Assembly: GCF_902652985.1 (NCBI RefSeq) | Contig: NC_047025.1 | Location: 12,400,001 to 12,464,000 of the forward strand | Reading direction: 5' to 3' | DNA length: 64,000 nucleotides | From: Pecten maximus | Taxonomy: Eukaryota | In this document: in pieces, positions 13,724 through 28,045 of the stretch | Position numbering within the stretch: position 1 is the stretch's first letter | Layout: the number at the start of each line of letters is the position of its first letter | The notes under the pieces: model-generated | The model's input: only the letters and a program-made list of their open reading frames with translations | Told to the model about the DNA's origin: nothing | Database searches by the model: none | Translations under genes and position numbers: made by a program

Positions 13724-15677
13724 CTACCTCAAATCTGTGCGAGGTAGGCTGCACAGCCAATCTGAGAACCACAAAGGAGCCAATGAAAGGGGCCAATACA
13801 TAAAGCGACAATCATATCCCACGCGGTACCGCGCATACGGATACATAGCGAACAGCGCGTGCACCATTGCATCGGTGACCTTCGATAAATCTGTGTCTTG
13901 GATGTTAGGCAGGTGTAGAATATTTTCTCTCCCTGTAACGCACAGATAGATTGAAATAAATTCTCTTGATATAGTATACATTGTAATGAAAGAAACATTA
14001 ATATATTTCAATGCTGGGGTATATGTTTTCGTGAAAAAAATGATAATCTCAAGGCGTGAAGTTATGAGACTGACAATTTTTGTCTACTGATAGTTGATAG
14101 TATTCCAAAATATAGAATATTAACTCAATACCATAAATTGTTACAAAATTTTGAAATAGTTCTCTTTTTTATTTCAAACGTAGGTAAACTTAACTTACTT
14201 ACATTGATTGACAAATTTACTTCCGTAATATTTTCTGATTTTCTTTGGAAGACTGACGTAACGGTCTCGAATTTTCTTCGCCATCATTTCTGGCAAAACG
14301 ATCGAGGTCTGGAAAGACCCGGGTTGTATGAGATGTGCTGACATATCAGTGTTGTAGAACTCCCGCCTGTAACAATAAGCAAGGATATGACCTAGAATTG
14401 CATGGCGTCTGTCGTTCATGAAACAAAAGACGCTTACTGCTCCCGGAACACTTATTCATATCTTATCGTGGTCTCCACGCAGATTGATATCTTATTTTTC
14501 TCATTTTCTCATTTTTGTAGTTAGAAATTCGTTTTATTTTGCATTTCTGTATTCTCTCTTGATTTTTTTCAGTTGAAAACCGATCCACGCTCACCTGAAC
14601 GTATCCGTGAATGCTTCCACACCCCACTTAGTTATGTTGTATGCACAACCTCCTGGCCAGGCGTACAAAGCGGTATCACTTGATACGTTAACCACCCTTC
14701 CAGCTCCTTCACGGAGAAGTGGAAGACAAGCCGTGGTGACGCTGATGACGCCGTGAAGGTTGACGGCAAACGTCAAATTGTAATCGTCCTTGGTGAGCCA
14801 CTCCAGTGGAGCCGAGATTGGAAATATGCCCGCATTGTTTACCAATCCTCCGAGACCTTGATACATCCAAAAAAGCATTCATATAAAACAACAAACGTAA
14901 TGCTGACATGAAAACGAAACTGTGATTTTAACTCAGAATCGAAAAAGCGATCGGGGGGGGGGGGGAATATAAACAAACAAAGATTTTCATGGAAATCCTT
15001 GAAAAAGTACAAAAATAAGGCGTTCCGGAAGAGTAATTAATTCATATTTGATGAATGTTTTGTAAGTGATGTTATAGCCCAATAATATTGCAAACGAATT
15101 TGGATGCAATTGATATATTATCGCTCATTTCATTAATTTTCTGTCAAACCTACTTTTAATGCGCCTGTAGATTCGAATATATGATAGATTTGTTATTAAA
15201 CTTACAAAACAAATTTTTTTTATACCCTTCACATGCATTCGCAAACATACCTCAAATAAGTTTTGCAGTTACAATTCCCTTAAATTCCAGACAACCATTA
15301 ATTCAAAAGTCTAGTATAGATCTCACCATAAACCCGCCTTACCTTGACCTTCAGGAATGGTATTGGTCATGTACTCTACTGCTTCTGCAATCGACTTTTC
15401 ATTCGTCACATCTAGAGAAATAGGTTTTAATCTTTTGGAGCATTTCTGTTTCAGTCCTATCTCGGATTTCTTGTTGAGACATCCCGCAAACACATGCACC
15501 CCTGCCTTGTCAAGCTGTGTGGCAAGAAGGCGTCCGAAACCTGAATCGCAGCCCGTGACCAATACATAGCGTTGGTTCCAATCCGTTAGTCGCAGATTTC
15601 GCCGGTATTTATTGAATACGAAACAACACTACAAAGATGGCACAACATGTCAACGTCATTAAAATAGTCCCGAACAT
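13724..15677 (-). CDS. RDH/SDR9C-like short-chain dehydrogenase, copy A (1-nt insertion in exon 1: pseudogene or assembly error)
   Basis: Exons 15677-15343, 14856-14595, 14366-14203, 13932-13724. Motifs VTGCDSGFG, LVNNAG, YNITK, RYRVGYD. Exon 1 is 335 nt versus 334 in copy B (extra base near 15620). Confidence 0.85.
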
Positions 15678-16977
15678 GGTGTCCGGTATACCGATCTGTC
15701 GACCCGCCAAGATAACCCTTATTGTCGCTTTGGCGCTGACACTACCGCCCGATATCTATAAACGGATCACCGCATAGTTCAGGTTCCTGTAACCGAGAGG
15801 TTATCTCGTACCGGTAATCATTTAGAATGTTTATATATATTTTTAATCCTCTTGATTATACACACAATATGTATGCGCACGTCCAATGTAAGATAAATAT
15901 TATTCAATATCTTTAAAAAAAAACTCACAGCACCAGATAGGCGTTTGATACGGTACATCATTTGTTTAAGGCAACATAAGTGAAATAATACATATGTCTA
16001 ACCTAACCTGTTTTGTCTTTATAGCCACAATTATAAACTGCTTAATTTAGTACATATGCATCTTATTATGAATCAACAACAGGGGTTCCTAATAAATGGT
16101 ATGATATACGAGATGGGTCGCACATAATGATGTATATATTTGCGACCCATCTCAAAGCATATCATTTGTAACGAACCCTGTGAATACGGTACCGGTCTAC
16201 ATGTATTTTGATTATACTATAATGTACAATGCATATAGGACTTTGGTACGTTGGCGAAACGCAAACACACTTTAACTAGAAGAGGAAACCCTGTGGTATA
16301 ATCAACATCTCAAATTCCAAAGAAGCAATGCAGAAAATAGTAGTGAAACTCATGACTATTGCTCCTCTGATCCAGGCTCTTCCTCGGTCGCATCCCGACT
16401 ATCAACACTTAAATATGTTTATTGCATCTCTACTATACTTTTTTGCCGCGTTAGAGTGAAACAGGAGCGATGACTATAGTCTAAACTTCAAGGGTTTGAT
16501 ATCTCTTTAGGTCATTATAATTTAGAATGGTCGCTGGTGCGTGGAATCGTCTTGAACGCAGCAAGAACCTGACATGGGCGTCTGAGGACGTTATCAATTT
16601 GACCACGTCCCCGCAGTGCGGTATTTATATATGGTCTTCACGCGAGTGTGATGGAGGCTTTAGGAAATTAATCAAATGTGGTTTTACAACAGTGAAATGA
16701 AGAATTACGGTATACCGGGTAGGATTTGATTACATTGCTTCTAACAAATTTAGTTGTTTTAGCCAATGTCCGATTGGTGTTTCATATATCTAGAAAAAAT
16801 AACACGGTTTGGTGATCCGAGCGTTAGCAATATAACAGTTGGAAACGTGGGTCTGAACTCCCTGGTCCTAACAGCCTAGCGCCTTATCCACAACATATTA
16901 ATTGATACATAACCGTCAATCGCCGTATCTTATCATGGTGACCCAATGTCGCAAGGATCGCCGTTTATTGAGTTTAG

Positions 16978-17565
16978 AAAAAGTAAAAGGAATGTAAATA
17001 TAAGCGTTAAACTGTTTTTGTATGGTATTTATGATGTGTTTGAATGCCAGAGCTTTGCAAGCAAACAACATAGCACAGTATGATTTGTTTGCTTGCAAAG
17101 CTCTGGCATTCAAATAGATCATAAATACCATACAAAAACAGTTTAACGCTTATATTTACATTCCTTTTACTTTTTTTATTTTTCAAATGCTTTCATATTT
17201 AAAATTCATAATTCCCACCTTACCGACAGTCAGCAGATTTTTTTGTCAGTCGTTGAAACAGCCGGAACATGGTCGCGTGTTTTTTGGCAAAAAATAAAAG
17301 GACATGGAAAATTAAAAGAAAATCATTTAATTTGTTAATCATTTTTTATCAACGTAATGCGCAAATGGCATATTTTCTATAACACATAATGTAGACAAAA
17401 TGATTAGTCGTTAAACTTAATTATCCTCGATATTGTAGTTCCGGATTGTGTTGTATTAATACGCCGATAAGTGTAGCGCGTGATGGATGGCATTTAACCG
17501 TACATCAATGCAAGAGCTCTCAACCAGACTATATAGTGACAATGCCAGACAAATGTAAATATTTT
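16978..17565. mobile_element. ~590-bp insertion beginning with a ~200-bp palindrome
   Basis: Arms about 16978-17067 and 17084-17175 are reverse complements. The block is absent from the paralogous site near 28545. Confidence 0.75.
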
Positions 17566-19411
17566 AATTTATATTTTGGATATTTGTCTGAAATCTTCCT
17601 ATTAGTTGCTTATCCCTGACCTCCAGACCGGCGTTGTCGCGTCTTCTCCTGACCAATAAGCGCTGGGGGGAATTTTTCGTGCCGAGTGAACAGTTACCAC
17701 ACCGGACACCGCTTTCAGTCCACGGATTTCCTTAGATCAAGGTTTCTTGTAGAAAGAAATGATTGAATTTCACACAAAGTAACTGCTCGCCAAATAACAT
17801 GCAATTTGATCTTCTGTAAAATAGCTAACAAGAAGAAAGACAAAGGTAAAAAAAAAACTTATCAAAATAACAGAAACACCAATAGCAGAATTCCCTTTAG
17901 CATGGTGATTCATTGTGATAACTTTTCACCAGCTCTACATTTCACGTGCAACTATCCAGTATTTCAGAAAGACAACAGAGGATTACAGGAGATTCAGATT
18001 GATCTTGGTGGCCACCATTTTATTATCTTCATTGTTTCTACCAAAGTTTGATCTGTTCTGTACCTTGATAGTTTTCCCTTATTGACGTTCAGATTTCATG
18101 AGTGTATGAAGGGTATTTAAAAGTATAAATTTCTGAAAACTGGTAGGTATTTTTTCTTCCCCGTCCCGATCAGGAAAAGGCATGCTTGGAAATACAGACT
18201 TGAAATTTTCGTTGGTAACCTTGCGTTTAGATTATTTTCTTTTTTGATTTTTGATTTTGGGTGGTTCTTGTGCTCTGGCTAATATTTTTGAAAAATAGTT
18301 GAATCAGCAGTTTTGCTTGATGATCTGTTTTGTGTTTTTGATGGGAGAGAATGACATTGTGTTAAGAGTTTTCAGCAGTATTACGGAACAATCTTTTTAT
18401 TCCGAGAATCATTACTACATTATGTGGTGTATATGTTTGCATGCAGGTCTTATGAGTAGCGGAGAGACACGCATACGCACATCCAAATACAGATTACATC
18501 GGGATGATTCGTGGATTATTGTAAATAAAACGGGTTCGTGGTTGTGTCCGGTGTGTTATTTCGAATTACACTTGAAATCAACTGGTATTCCTTCCAACTG
18601 ATACTCAGTATTTGGAAATCTTAAATCTCACTAAGTTGGATTCTGAAAGATACGTCCTCAGGAAGGTAAATAAGCCAATATCGTATTCAGGATTCCGTGA
18701 GTTACTCTAGAAACGTTTTCAGCGGTCACCTCGGACATTAAGAAAATTGGTTTCATATCATGAGTGCTGGAGTTCGAGGTCGGAAACTGCAAAGGATGGA
18801 TACATTAGAGACAATATCCATGATTGTTTGAATATCTGTATCCACCAGTAGTGTCCACCAAACATTGTACAAAAGGCTATTAACACATTTGAATAACAAT
18901 TGAGAGTTAGATACCTGAAGAACCGCCCCTCATATTCCATTAACATTTTCTTCGTTTCTCGCAATATGTAGTATCTAGTCACATAAATATATGTACACAA
19001 CGCATTGGTATAAGCTGTTTGTATTTCTGTCTAGACGGTTAGGTGACGTAGATCGCGAGTTGGAGGCCAGGACTGGTCTTCCTTCGTCATTTGTATTAAC
19101 ATGTTATATATCTAATTATTAGCACAATGTATCATATCACTCTGTGATGTTAATCCGCGTTTCAGCGATTATACAATGCAACATAAATAAGACATGTCTT
19201 GTTTTATCTCCAATTTGCAATGACCAAAAATTTTGTGCATCAACTGAGAAACAGTAGATAATCAGGAACTAAATATCTATATAGATTCCAAGTATGTCCA
19301 TTATAATGTTTATCCAAGATTATTTCTGGCTAAAAATAAACACACACAAAGATTATTTCAAAATAATGGAAGTTTCCTTTAATTGGTTTTAAAACAAAAT
19401 AATTTCAACAG

Positions 19412-22400
19412 CTACCTTAAATCTGTGCAAGGTAGGCTGTACAGCCAATCCGAGAACCACAAAGGAGCCATTGAAAGGGGCCATGACATAAAGCGGCAAT
19501 CATGTCCCACGCGGTACCGCGCATGCGGATACATAGCAAACAGCGCGTACGTCATTGCATCGGTGACCTTCGATAAAGCTGTGTCTTGGATGTTAGGCAG
19601 GTTTAGTATATATTCTCTCCCTATAATCAAAAGATAGATTGGAATAAATCTTCTTGATATAGTATGCTTAGTAATAAAAGAAACAATGATATATTTCAAT
19701 TCAATCAATGAATTTAAAAACAAAACAAAATCTATTACTTTTATTTTCACGGTAATTTTTTTATTGAGAAATAAAAGGACTAGAAAATTACAACTTTTAC
19801 AGTACATAAAACTAAAGAAACTGTCAAAATGGAGACAAGATGTACATTTCATTCTTCACGAACTATTTATTTACATTATAAATCATTTTTACATCATGTT
19901 CAGAAAATATATTTTGAAACGATTTCGGTATTATCCAAAAATAATATTAAATCAATACCATTTATTCCTAAAATTTGAAATAGTTCTCTTTTTTATTTCA
20001 AACATAGGCAAAATTCACTTACATTGATTCACAAATTTACTTCCGTAATATTTGCTGATCTTGTCTGGAAGACTGACGTAACGGTCTCGAATTTTCGTCG
20101 CCATCATTTCCGGTAAAACAATCGAGGTCTGAAAACCGCCGGGCTGAATAAGGTGTGCGGACATATCAGTGTTGTAGAACTCCCGCCTGTAACAATAAGC
20201 AGGTATTGACCTAAAATTACCTGCTGGGTGTCGTTCATGAAACAAAAGACGCTTACTGCTACCGGAACACTTAAGTCTTGTTCTTATTTTGTCATGGTCC
20301 CCGTGCAAATTGATATCTTTTTCGTATTTTTTCTCATTTTATCATATTACAGTTAGAATTGTGTTTTATTTTGCATGTCTGCATTTTCTCCTGATTTTTT
20401 TTTTTTTCTTTTTTCTTTTTTTTTTCAATCGAAGACCAATCCACGCTCACCTGAACGTATCCGTGAATGCTTCCCCCCCACTTGGTTATGTTGTAGGCAC
20501 ATGTTCCTGGCCTGACGGACAATGCGGCAACACTTGATACGTTAACCACCCTTCCTGCACCTTCGCGCAGAAGTGGAACACAAGCCGTGGTGACGCTTAT
20601 GACACCGTGCAGGTTGACGGCAAACGTCATATTGTAATCGTCCTTGGTGAGCCACTCCAGTGGAGCAATGATTGTAACTACACCAGCATTGTTTACCAAT
20701 CCTCCGAGACCTGGACACGTCCAAGGCATTCATATAAAAACAAAAATGTAAAACTGACATGAAAACGAAAATGTAAGCCTGACATGAAAACGAAAATGTA
20801 AAACTGACATGAAAACGAAACTGCGATTCTTACTTCAAATCAATAAAACGCTCGAGGGCGAAATATGAGCAAAACATAGATTTGCATAGAGATCATTGAA
20901 AAAGTACAAGAATGAGACAGGCGTTCGGGAGAAGTAATCGTCTTCTGTTTCTTTGTCTACTCCTAAAAATGACAACATCCTCTTAGTGAGTCCGTTAAAA
21001 GATAGCTTATTCTTAATGAATATGGATTCGGCATTCGCGAAGCTGATACTTGACAGGTTAGTTTAACTTTAGCATATAATTCTAGCGTATCAATATTGCA
21101 TAATAATGATAATATTGTTTATTAAAATTTCAGTTATAAAAGTTACACAAGAAAAATATCAGATGAAAACTGAATTGAGAATATTGAATCAATAGATACG
21201 CAAGTAATCTACATTTGTATGTCTTCTTCAGACATTTCCAGCATAAATAAAATGATTAATTATAACTGCAATGTCCAGATAAAAAGGGTACAAGTAGTGT
21301 TTTTTAAACTTTACTCATTTTGTACAATTCGACCCAGACTACAATAAGCTGCAACTGTATGTATAGCATTAATTTTATTTTATTATATCGCATTTATTTT
21401 GAAAGAAGCAAAGGGCTGATAGTACTAGTGCTACCAAAAAGGAGAGCAATTTCATCAATCCTTTTGAGTAAGTTTCATATATATGTATTTGCCTTGTCTG
21501 ACATTTAGAAATTAATACATCCAGGTGTCCGGTAAATGTATCACTTCCAGAACAGCTCATATTAGTGAAAGAAATATATAGTATTGTAAGATGAAGAATA
21601 ACATGGGAGGGGGAGGGGGTTGATAAAATGTTTATACTTGTGGTATGTGTTCAACTTGGTGAGGCAGTATGTTATTTTGCGGAAGTTTCACATTGACTAC
21701 ATTTGACCTACATCAAAGAAAAAACTGCTTCATGTCTTCTACAATATGTGTTACTGAAACCTCATACTTTGGTATGTGTTCACCTTGTTGTTATGTATAA
21801 AAAGTAGGTCATTCAGACCTTTATCTCTTTCTATGACTCACAAATCCATCATCAGTGCATAATGGCATATGATTTCACATTCGGTGCACGACTACAGTTC
21901 ACTGAATGTTTGAATACCTTGCAGTTGTTAAAAGGAATGGTCTTGTGTAGTAGGTGGTATGTTGTTTACTAATCCTTTGTACTATCAAGCAAGATTTTTT
22001 TTCATATTAACCATAGATGTCAGTGGAAATGTGGATGACCTAAACTCTGATAATGAGGATTATGATCCAAGCTTTGACATCACTCTCAGGTATAGAACAA
22101 TTCAAAATGGAAAGTAATTGTGCTGACTAATCTTTCACAATAACATCTCCTGTGTACAGTGATTGTTTTCTTTCTAAATGCCAGTTGTCAATAACCTGTT
22201 CAAGCATTAACATGATTTAAAATCATTATGCAAAACCATATTTTTCATATTTGACTGACACAAAAAGGGGTAAATTTCTGTTAGTGAATGTCATCAATAA
22301 CCAAACTATAGTGTTCTCATACAGCTCTGTTTTGGAGGGGCAGTTTCATTTGAGAAGTTATATTTCTGTTATTGCTTTGTTTATCATGATCATTGTCTTG

Positions 22401-25400
22401 TCAAGATATCTGATCTCTCAGTTAAAAGTTATCCTTTGAAACATGCTTACCATTTAAACAGCCATGTGCAGTTCTGCTATATGTTTTAGGTCTGATTAGT
22501 GTGAAAACTTGGCTGTTTGGTGATGTAGCATTTAGACCAAAATCAGTAGCTCTAGCTGGACTGGCAGAAGAGGAAGAAAAAGAGGTATCTAAAGACTGAT
22601 GGAACCATGAGAGTCACACATAATGACCGATGATAATCATAATGCTTCCTGACCTTCAGCAAGATTGAAAACATATTGAAAGGATGTCAACCTGAAACAT
22701 ATTAATTGTGACTCATGAACAGTATGTGTGTATGAAAAGAACAGTGTATGTAACAAGTATGGTGTATGTGTCAAAATTTGATAAATTTGATGTTTGTGTT
22801 GAGTATGGTTTATGTGGGAGTATGGTGTATGTGTCATAAGTTTGGTAAGTATGATGTATGTGGTAAGTATGGTGTATGCGCCATAAGTATGATAACGTTG
22901 CATGCATGAAAATAAGTGTCCATGGATCTGGCTATTGTCATCTGTACTGACACTCTTTTAATGAAATATATTCGTCTACAGATGTGATTGAAATAGATAT
23001 GCCAACAATTAAAAAACTAGTCCAAGAAACTATTATTGTGACTTGCCTTCTTCTTTGGTATAATGTTGATGTATGATTTGTAAGTACAACATTTGCTAGG
23101 CTGTATCATGTAGCGATACAGCCAGCTTACAGCAATGAGAGTATGGAGTGTATATATAGTGTATAGGTGCCAACCATAAATATTTGACAAGTTCTGGGGT
23201 TCTTGCATTATTTTACATGTATATCAATTCATAGCGAGGAGGAGGGGGAAGGGGCTATAGATTTCCTCCCCGTCTTACTGTCTGTCTCAGTTTTCCAGTT
23301 TTCTCAGTCATGCTTCAAGGTATGTTTGTGAAAGTTGGTATGTAACTTCAGTATGAGTAGGTACAGATCAAATTTGAGTTCACAGTTATGACTCAGGGTC
23401 ACCATTACTGTTTTACGGTAGGGGACATGGACATGTATTGCTTCAGCAATACTCTCAGAATGCTTGTTTCTTCTAAACTTCCTGTGCATTGTAATGTACT
23501 AAAAACAACATCACATATCCGTATCCATGCACGAATATGTGTGAATAATTTGAAGTCGTCATTATATCAAATACATTAGTGAACAAATTGCGAAAATCAT
23601 CATCATTGTCTGTGGTGAGCATATTTGAACAAAGCAACATCATCATCAATTGTAGTGTCAGGGGTTTTTCCTCACTGATTTGGGATTGGGTCTTTATGTC
23701 TCTTTTTGGGAAGAAAATTGTTGAATTTAGAAAGGTTTTTTCAGCTGTAATCAGAAAATTTTAGGAATTTGGCTTTAAAATGAAATAATTTCAATTGAGA
23801 ATGAGCTCAAAAAGCCCTCAGAAAAAGCCCTGAGGTGAGCATATTTTGACAACTCATCATCATCATCCAAACTAAATAACCACATCATTATATCCATACT
23901 TATCGCACTGAGACAAACGTTTGTTAAATAACATATAAGAATAATATATCAGTTAATCAATCCTGGATGCCTTAAAAACTGATGTATTGTCCAAAGTCAT
24001 CAGGGTGGACCTGTCTCCATTTTTTAAACTGTACACCTTGGGAAATTGCTGTAAAACCAAGGGAACAACAATATGTTGATATGTTAATCCTCTATCACAT
24101 ACTGTGCATGATATACCATGTCTTTCAGACTACTACAAGCTCTACCTTGTCCCCTTCCACAAGCACTGAGAAGCTGGTGATGGTGTCTATTGTATAATAT
24201 ATAATTAGCTAACATGGTGTTGATATGAATTAAAACCAAAGCTATTAAAATGTTCTTATACATAATGTAATAATATATAATGTAACACTAAAAAAGAAAA
24301 CTTGATGCACGACAGAAAAATAGAAAAATACTGGACCAACTCATTACTTTTGGCATTCATTCTTTTTAACATGTTCAACATGTACCTGGGAGGCATAGAG
24401 CCATATACATAAGTCACAAGTTTTTTTACTTGCATGTATTTATATCAAATCTATTGATGCCAGTTGAATGGAAAGCAGTATCTATTTTAACAGAGAAGTC
24501 ATCAATTCCTGTGCATATCTGCAAAGAATACAGTAACATTCATGTTAAACATCTGAAAGAATACAAAGAGACAATAAGTTTATTTTTGCTCTGAGGCCCC
24601 ACTAGTTTAGCGCCAGCGATAAACAAAGTTGATTATCGCACGACAAAGCCACAACAAAACGATTTACTAAGGTTGATTTTTAGATATATATTATGACATT
24701 ATGGAATCATTTCATGCAAACAAAAATTACAGAAAGACGCAAAAGTAAGTGTCATGCCTAAGACATGTTTTGTTTACACTTGCCTCGTGATCCATTTTTC
24801 TTTGCGACGGAAATACATGTAAATGTCTTCGTCACGTGACGGACCATGTGACCTATTCGGCTTTCCTCGTAATAAACCGACCGTGCTCGTTTTTACAAGC
24901 AACTCTCAAGATAAACAATATATATCTTATTATTCATAGGCCAATTCTACAATTCCTGAGGTTGAAATCTAAGGTAATAGTCCTTTGAATAATGTTTGTG
25001 TAGGTGACGTTATTTATAGCCCCAAAATATTGCAGACAAATTCAGACGCAATTCATGTATTTATACCCATTTAATCTCGAACCTACTCTAAATGCTAACT
25101 GTAAAAAGGTGGTTATTAAGGCAGGTTCAAATGTAGGATGTATTTGTTATGAAACAAAAACATATTCTTGGTTATAACACGTTATGTAGCAACCGTTCAC
25201 ATACTTTCGCAAACATAGTTAAAAGAATTTAAATTACAGCAGTTTTGCACTAAATTTTTAATTTGTGACAATTTTATTCAAACTTCTGATTTAAAAAAAT
25301 GTTTGACATTTAAAGGCGACAAAAATACTTCGTGGTGATGAAGTAAATCATCATAGATAAAAGAGACTTACGTCTAGCATAGATCTCACCATAAACTCGC

Positions 25401-25739
25401 CTTACCTTGACCTTCAGGAATGGTATTGGCCATGTACTCTACTGCTTCTGCAATCGACTTTTCATTCGTCACATCTAGAGAAATAGGTTTTAATCTTTTG
25501 GAGCATTTCTGTTTCAGTCCTATCTCGGATTTCTTGTTGAGACATCCCGCAAACACATGCACCCCTGCCTTGTCCAGCTGTGTGGCAAGAAGGCGTCCGA
25601 AACCTGAATCACAGCCCGTGACTAATACATAACGTTGGTTCCAATCCGTTAGTCGCAGATTTCGCCGGTATTTATTTAATACAAACAACACTACAAAGAT
25701 GGTACAACATGTCAACGTCATTAAAATAGTCCTGAACAT
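19412..25739 (-). CDS. RDH/SDR9C-like short-chain dehydrogenase, copy B (2-nt deletion in exon 2; ~4-kb insertion in intron 1)
   Basis: Exons 25739-25406, 20710-20451, 20186-20023, 19620-19412. Same SDR motifs. Exon 2 is 260 nt versus 262: CCACACCCC is replaced by a C7 run near 20473-20479. Confidence 0.85.
21020..24990. mobile_element. ~4-kb degenerate insertion in intron 1 of SDR copy B (probable DNA-transposon remnant)
   Basis: Absent from the paralogous intron of copy C (GATAGCTTATTCTT...AATGTTTG contiguous near 31990). Contains a + strand exon-like piece DVSGNVDDLNSDNEDYDPSFDITL|GT (about 22017-22089). Family not identifiable by eye. Confidence 0.55.
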
Positions 25740-27471
25740 GGTGTCCAGTATACCGATCGGTCGGCGTGCCCTAGATCAGATAACCAACATAATCGCTTTG
25801 AAGCTAACACTGCCGTCCGATATCTATAAAGGGGTAACCGGTTATCATTCAGCATGTTTTTATGTTTTTAAAGTCCTCTTGATTATACACACAATATGTA
25901 TGCGCACGTCCAATATAAGATAAATATTATCAAATATATTTTAAAAAACCATGACAAACGGATAAGCTTTTGATACGGTACATCACTTGTTTAAGGCAAC
26001 ATAAGTGTAGATAATCTATCTTAAAGAGGACATGTTTTGTCCATATAGTCACATTTATAAACTGCTTGATTTAGTACATATGCATCTTATTGTGAATCAA
26101 CAACAGGGGTTCGTCATAAATTATATGATATACGAGATGGGTCGCACATAATGATGTATATATCTGTGGCCCATCTCAAATCATATCATTTGTAACGAAT
26201 CCTGTGACCCGGTACCGGTCTACATGTATTTTGATTTAACTATAATGTATATAGGACTTTGGCACGTTGGCGAAACGCAAACACTATATAGAAGAGGAAA
26301 TCCTGTGGTATGATCCACACCACAAAGGTACACAAAACAGGGAGAGTAACATCGTTCTGTCAGGTCTAACCTGAAGTTTTTTCTGGAAGAAGACTTATAT
26401 AGGCTTAACCTGTTGTCTGATTCTTTTAATAATGCTGTATTTGCATGCATAAATATTTTTATGTATTATATATGTATTGTTAATAAAATATTTTGGAATG
26501 AAAATAGTAGCGATGGCTACAGTATATATAAACTTCAAGGGTTGGATATCTCTCTAGGTCATTATAATTTAGAATGGTCGCTGGTGCGTGGAATCGTCTT
26601 GAACGCAGCAAGAACCTGACAAGGACGTAATCATTTTGACCACGTTCCCGCAGTGCAGTCTTCATACTACTAAATGTAGTTTCACAACTGTGAAATGAAG
26701 AATTACAGCATTACCAAATGTTACAGCCAATTCTTACAATTTTTACATGTCCCGCTTAGTTTTGTGCTTACGTCATACTTTCAATTTCTTCTAACATACG
26801 AGAACGAGGCTTGCATGGACACATGTTCATCAGTTTTCGTAGTCTGTCTTGATTCTTGTTCTCGTTCTCTTTTATTTTTCTGTGCCAAAATATCAGATAT
26901 GTAGAAGAAACTATTAATTTGGTGAGTTAATTAACCAACAGCACCCTATATATTGTTATGGGCCTGTTATGTATTATGCATAGTATTAGCTCGCGGCATG
27001 TATTTTGAGTGTTTATGAATTCGTTTGATTATCGTTTCTAGTGAGATTCATATCATATGCCAGTTGGTAAATACCATATCTATGTAATCATGTACAATGC
27101 TAGAATGTCGTCGTATAATTTACAAAGTCGTCTGTATAATTTGACGTTTATTCATGTGTCATTTATTTCATCAATAATTTTGGTGATTTTCACAACGAGT
27201 ACTGTTTATTGCATTGTCAGACTAAAAATACGTCAGAATAGTAATCATAGATTAGTATTGTTATTAGTTGTCAAAATATCAATAAGTAGAACTTAGTCAC
27301 GGTTAATTTATCATCGATTCAAGGGAGATATAAGTTTAGTTTCGTACGAGTTACTTCCCTTTTATTAATTGATGGTTGAATAGGATATTATGTACAACAC
27401 TGCTAGTAAGTGAATGCTGTGAACTATTCTATATGGGAATTATTATTTTCTAGAGCATTTGGTTATATAGT

Positions 27472-28045
27472 ATATATAGTAGGACGAGGATATTTTGCAA
27501 TTGAATTAATAACGAAGGCCGCAGGCCTGAGTTATTAATTAAAATTGCAAAATATCCGAGTCCGAGTTGTATATCCTGCAACAATACACGAGTCAAAGTT
27601 GATTATTTCTATTCTACCATGTACTGTTTAGTTCTGAGATCGACCTCTTTTGAATAGAAAAACAGCAAAGAAAAAAAAATTCTTGAGTATTGCATAAATT
27701 GTTGATGAAATATACAGGCAATACAGTACTACGATCAAGACAATCTATGATATGGCAATGATTTTGAAAATTAAAAAAAAAAAGGATAAAAAAAAGGGGG
27801 GGGGGGGGGGGGGGGGTTCCGTAGGATTCGAACTCGCGTCGTGATAAAAATTTATTGAAAGACTAACCCATTAGCCAACTCGGCTATAGTAACCTTTTGG
27901 TAAACGGGTGAATATTAGATATATAAAATTGTTACAGCCGTGACTCCCGGCCGTGTATTATTGGCACGAGCGTGGGTTATTGGAAAATAATACATGGTTT
28001 TAAACCAATCAAAACTGGCGTTGCAATGCAAACATGGTAGAATAG
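27472..28045. mobile_element. Non-autonomous element with terminal hairpin and internal tRNA-like A/B boxes; partial inverted copy at about 37955-38095
   Basis: Hairpin GGATATTTTGCAATT..TTAATAAC-loop-GTTATTAA..AATTGCAAAATATCC; subterminal CTATTCTACCATGT / ACATGGTAGAATAG; minus-strand TAGCCGAGTTGG and GTTCGAATCC at about 27820-27887. Confidence 0.7.

Noticed and set aside
15323-15342. Intronic read-through 'GKAGLW*' and second donor GTGAGA after SDR exon 1
   Set aside because: Resembles the usual GLWG motif, but the second donor shifts the frame by 16 nt, and its conservation is explained by recent duplication.
27816-27888. tRNA-like sequence with A and B boxes
   Set aside because: No consistent cloverleaf or anticodon arm, and it is embedded in a repeat element.
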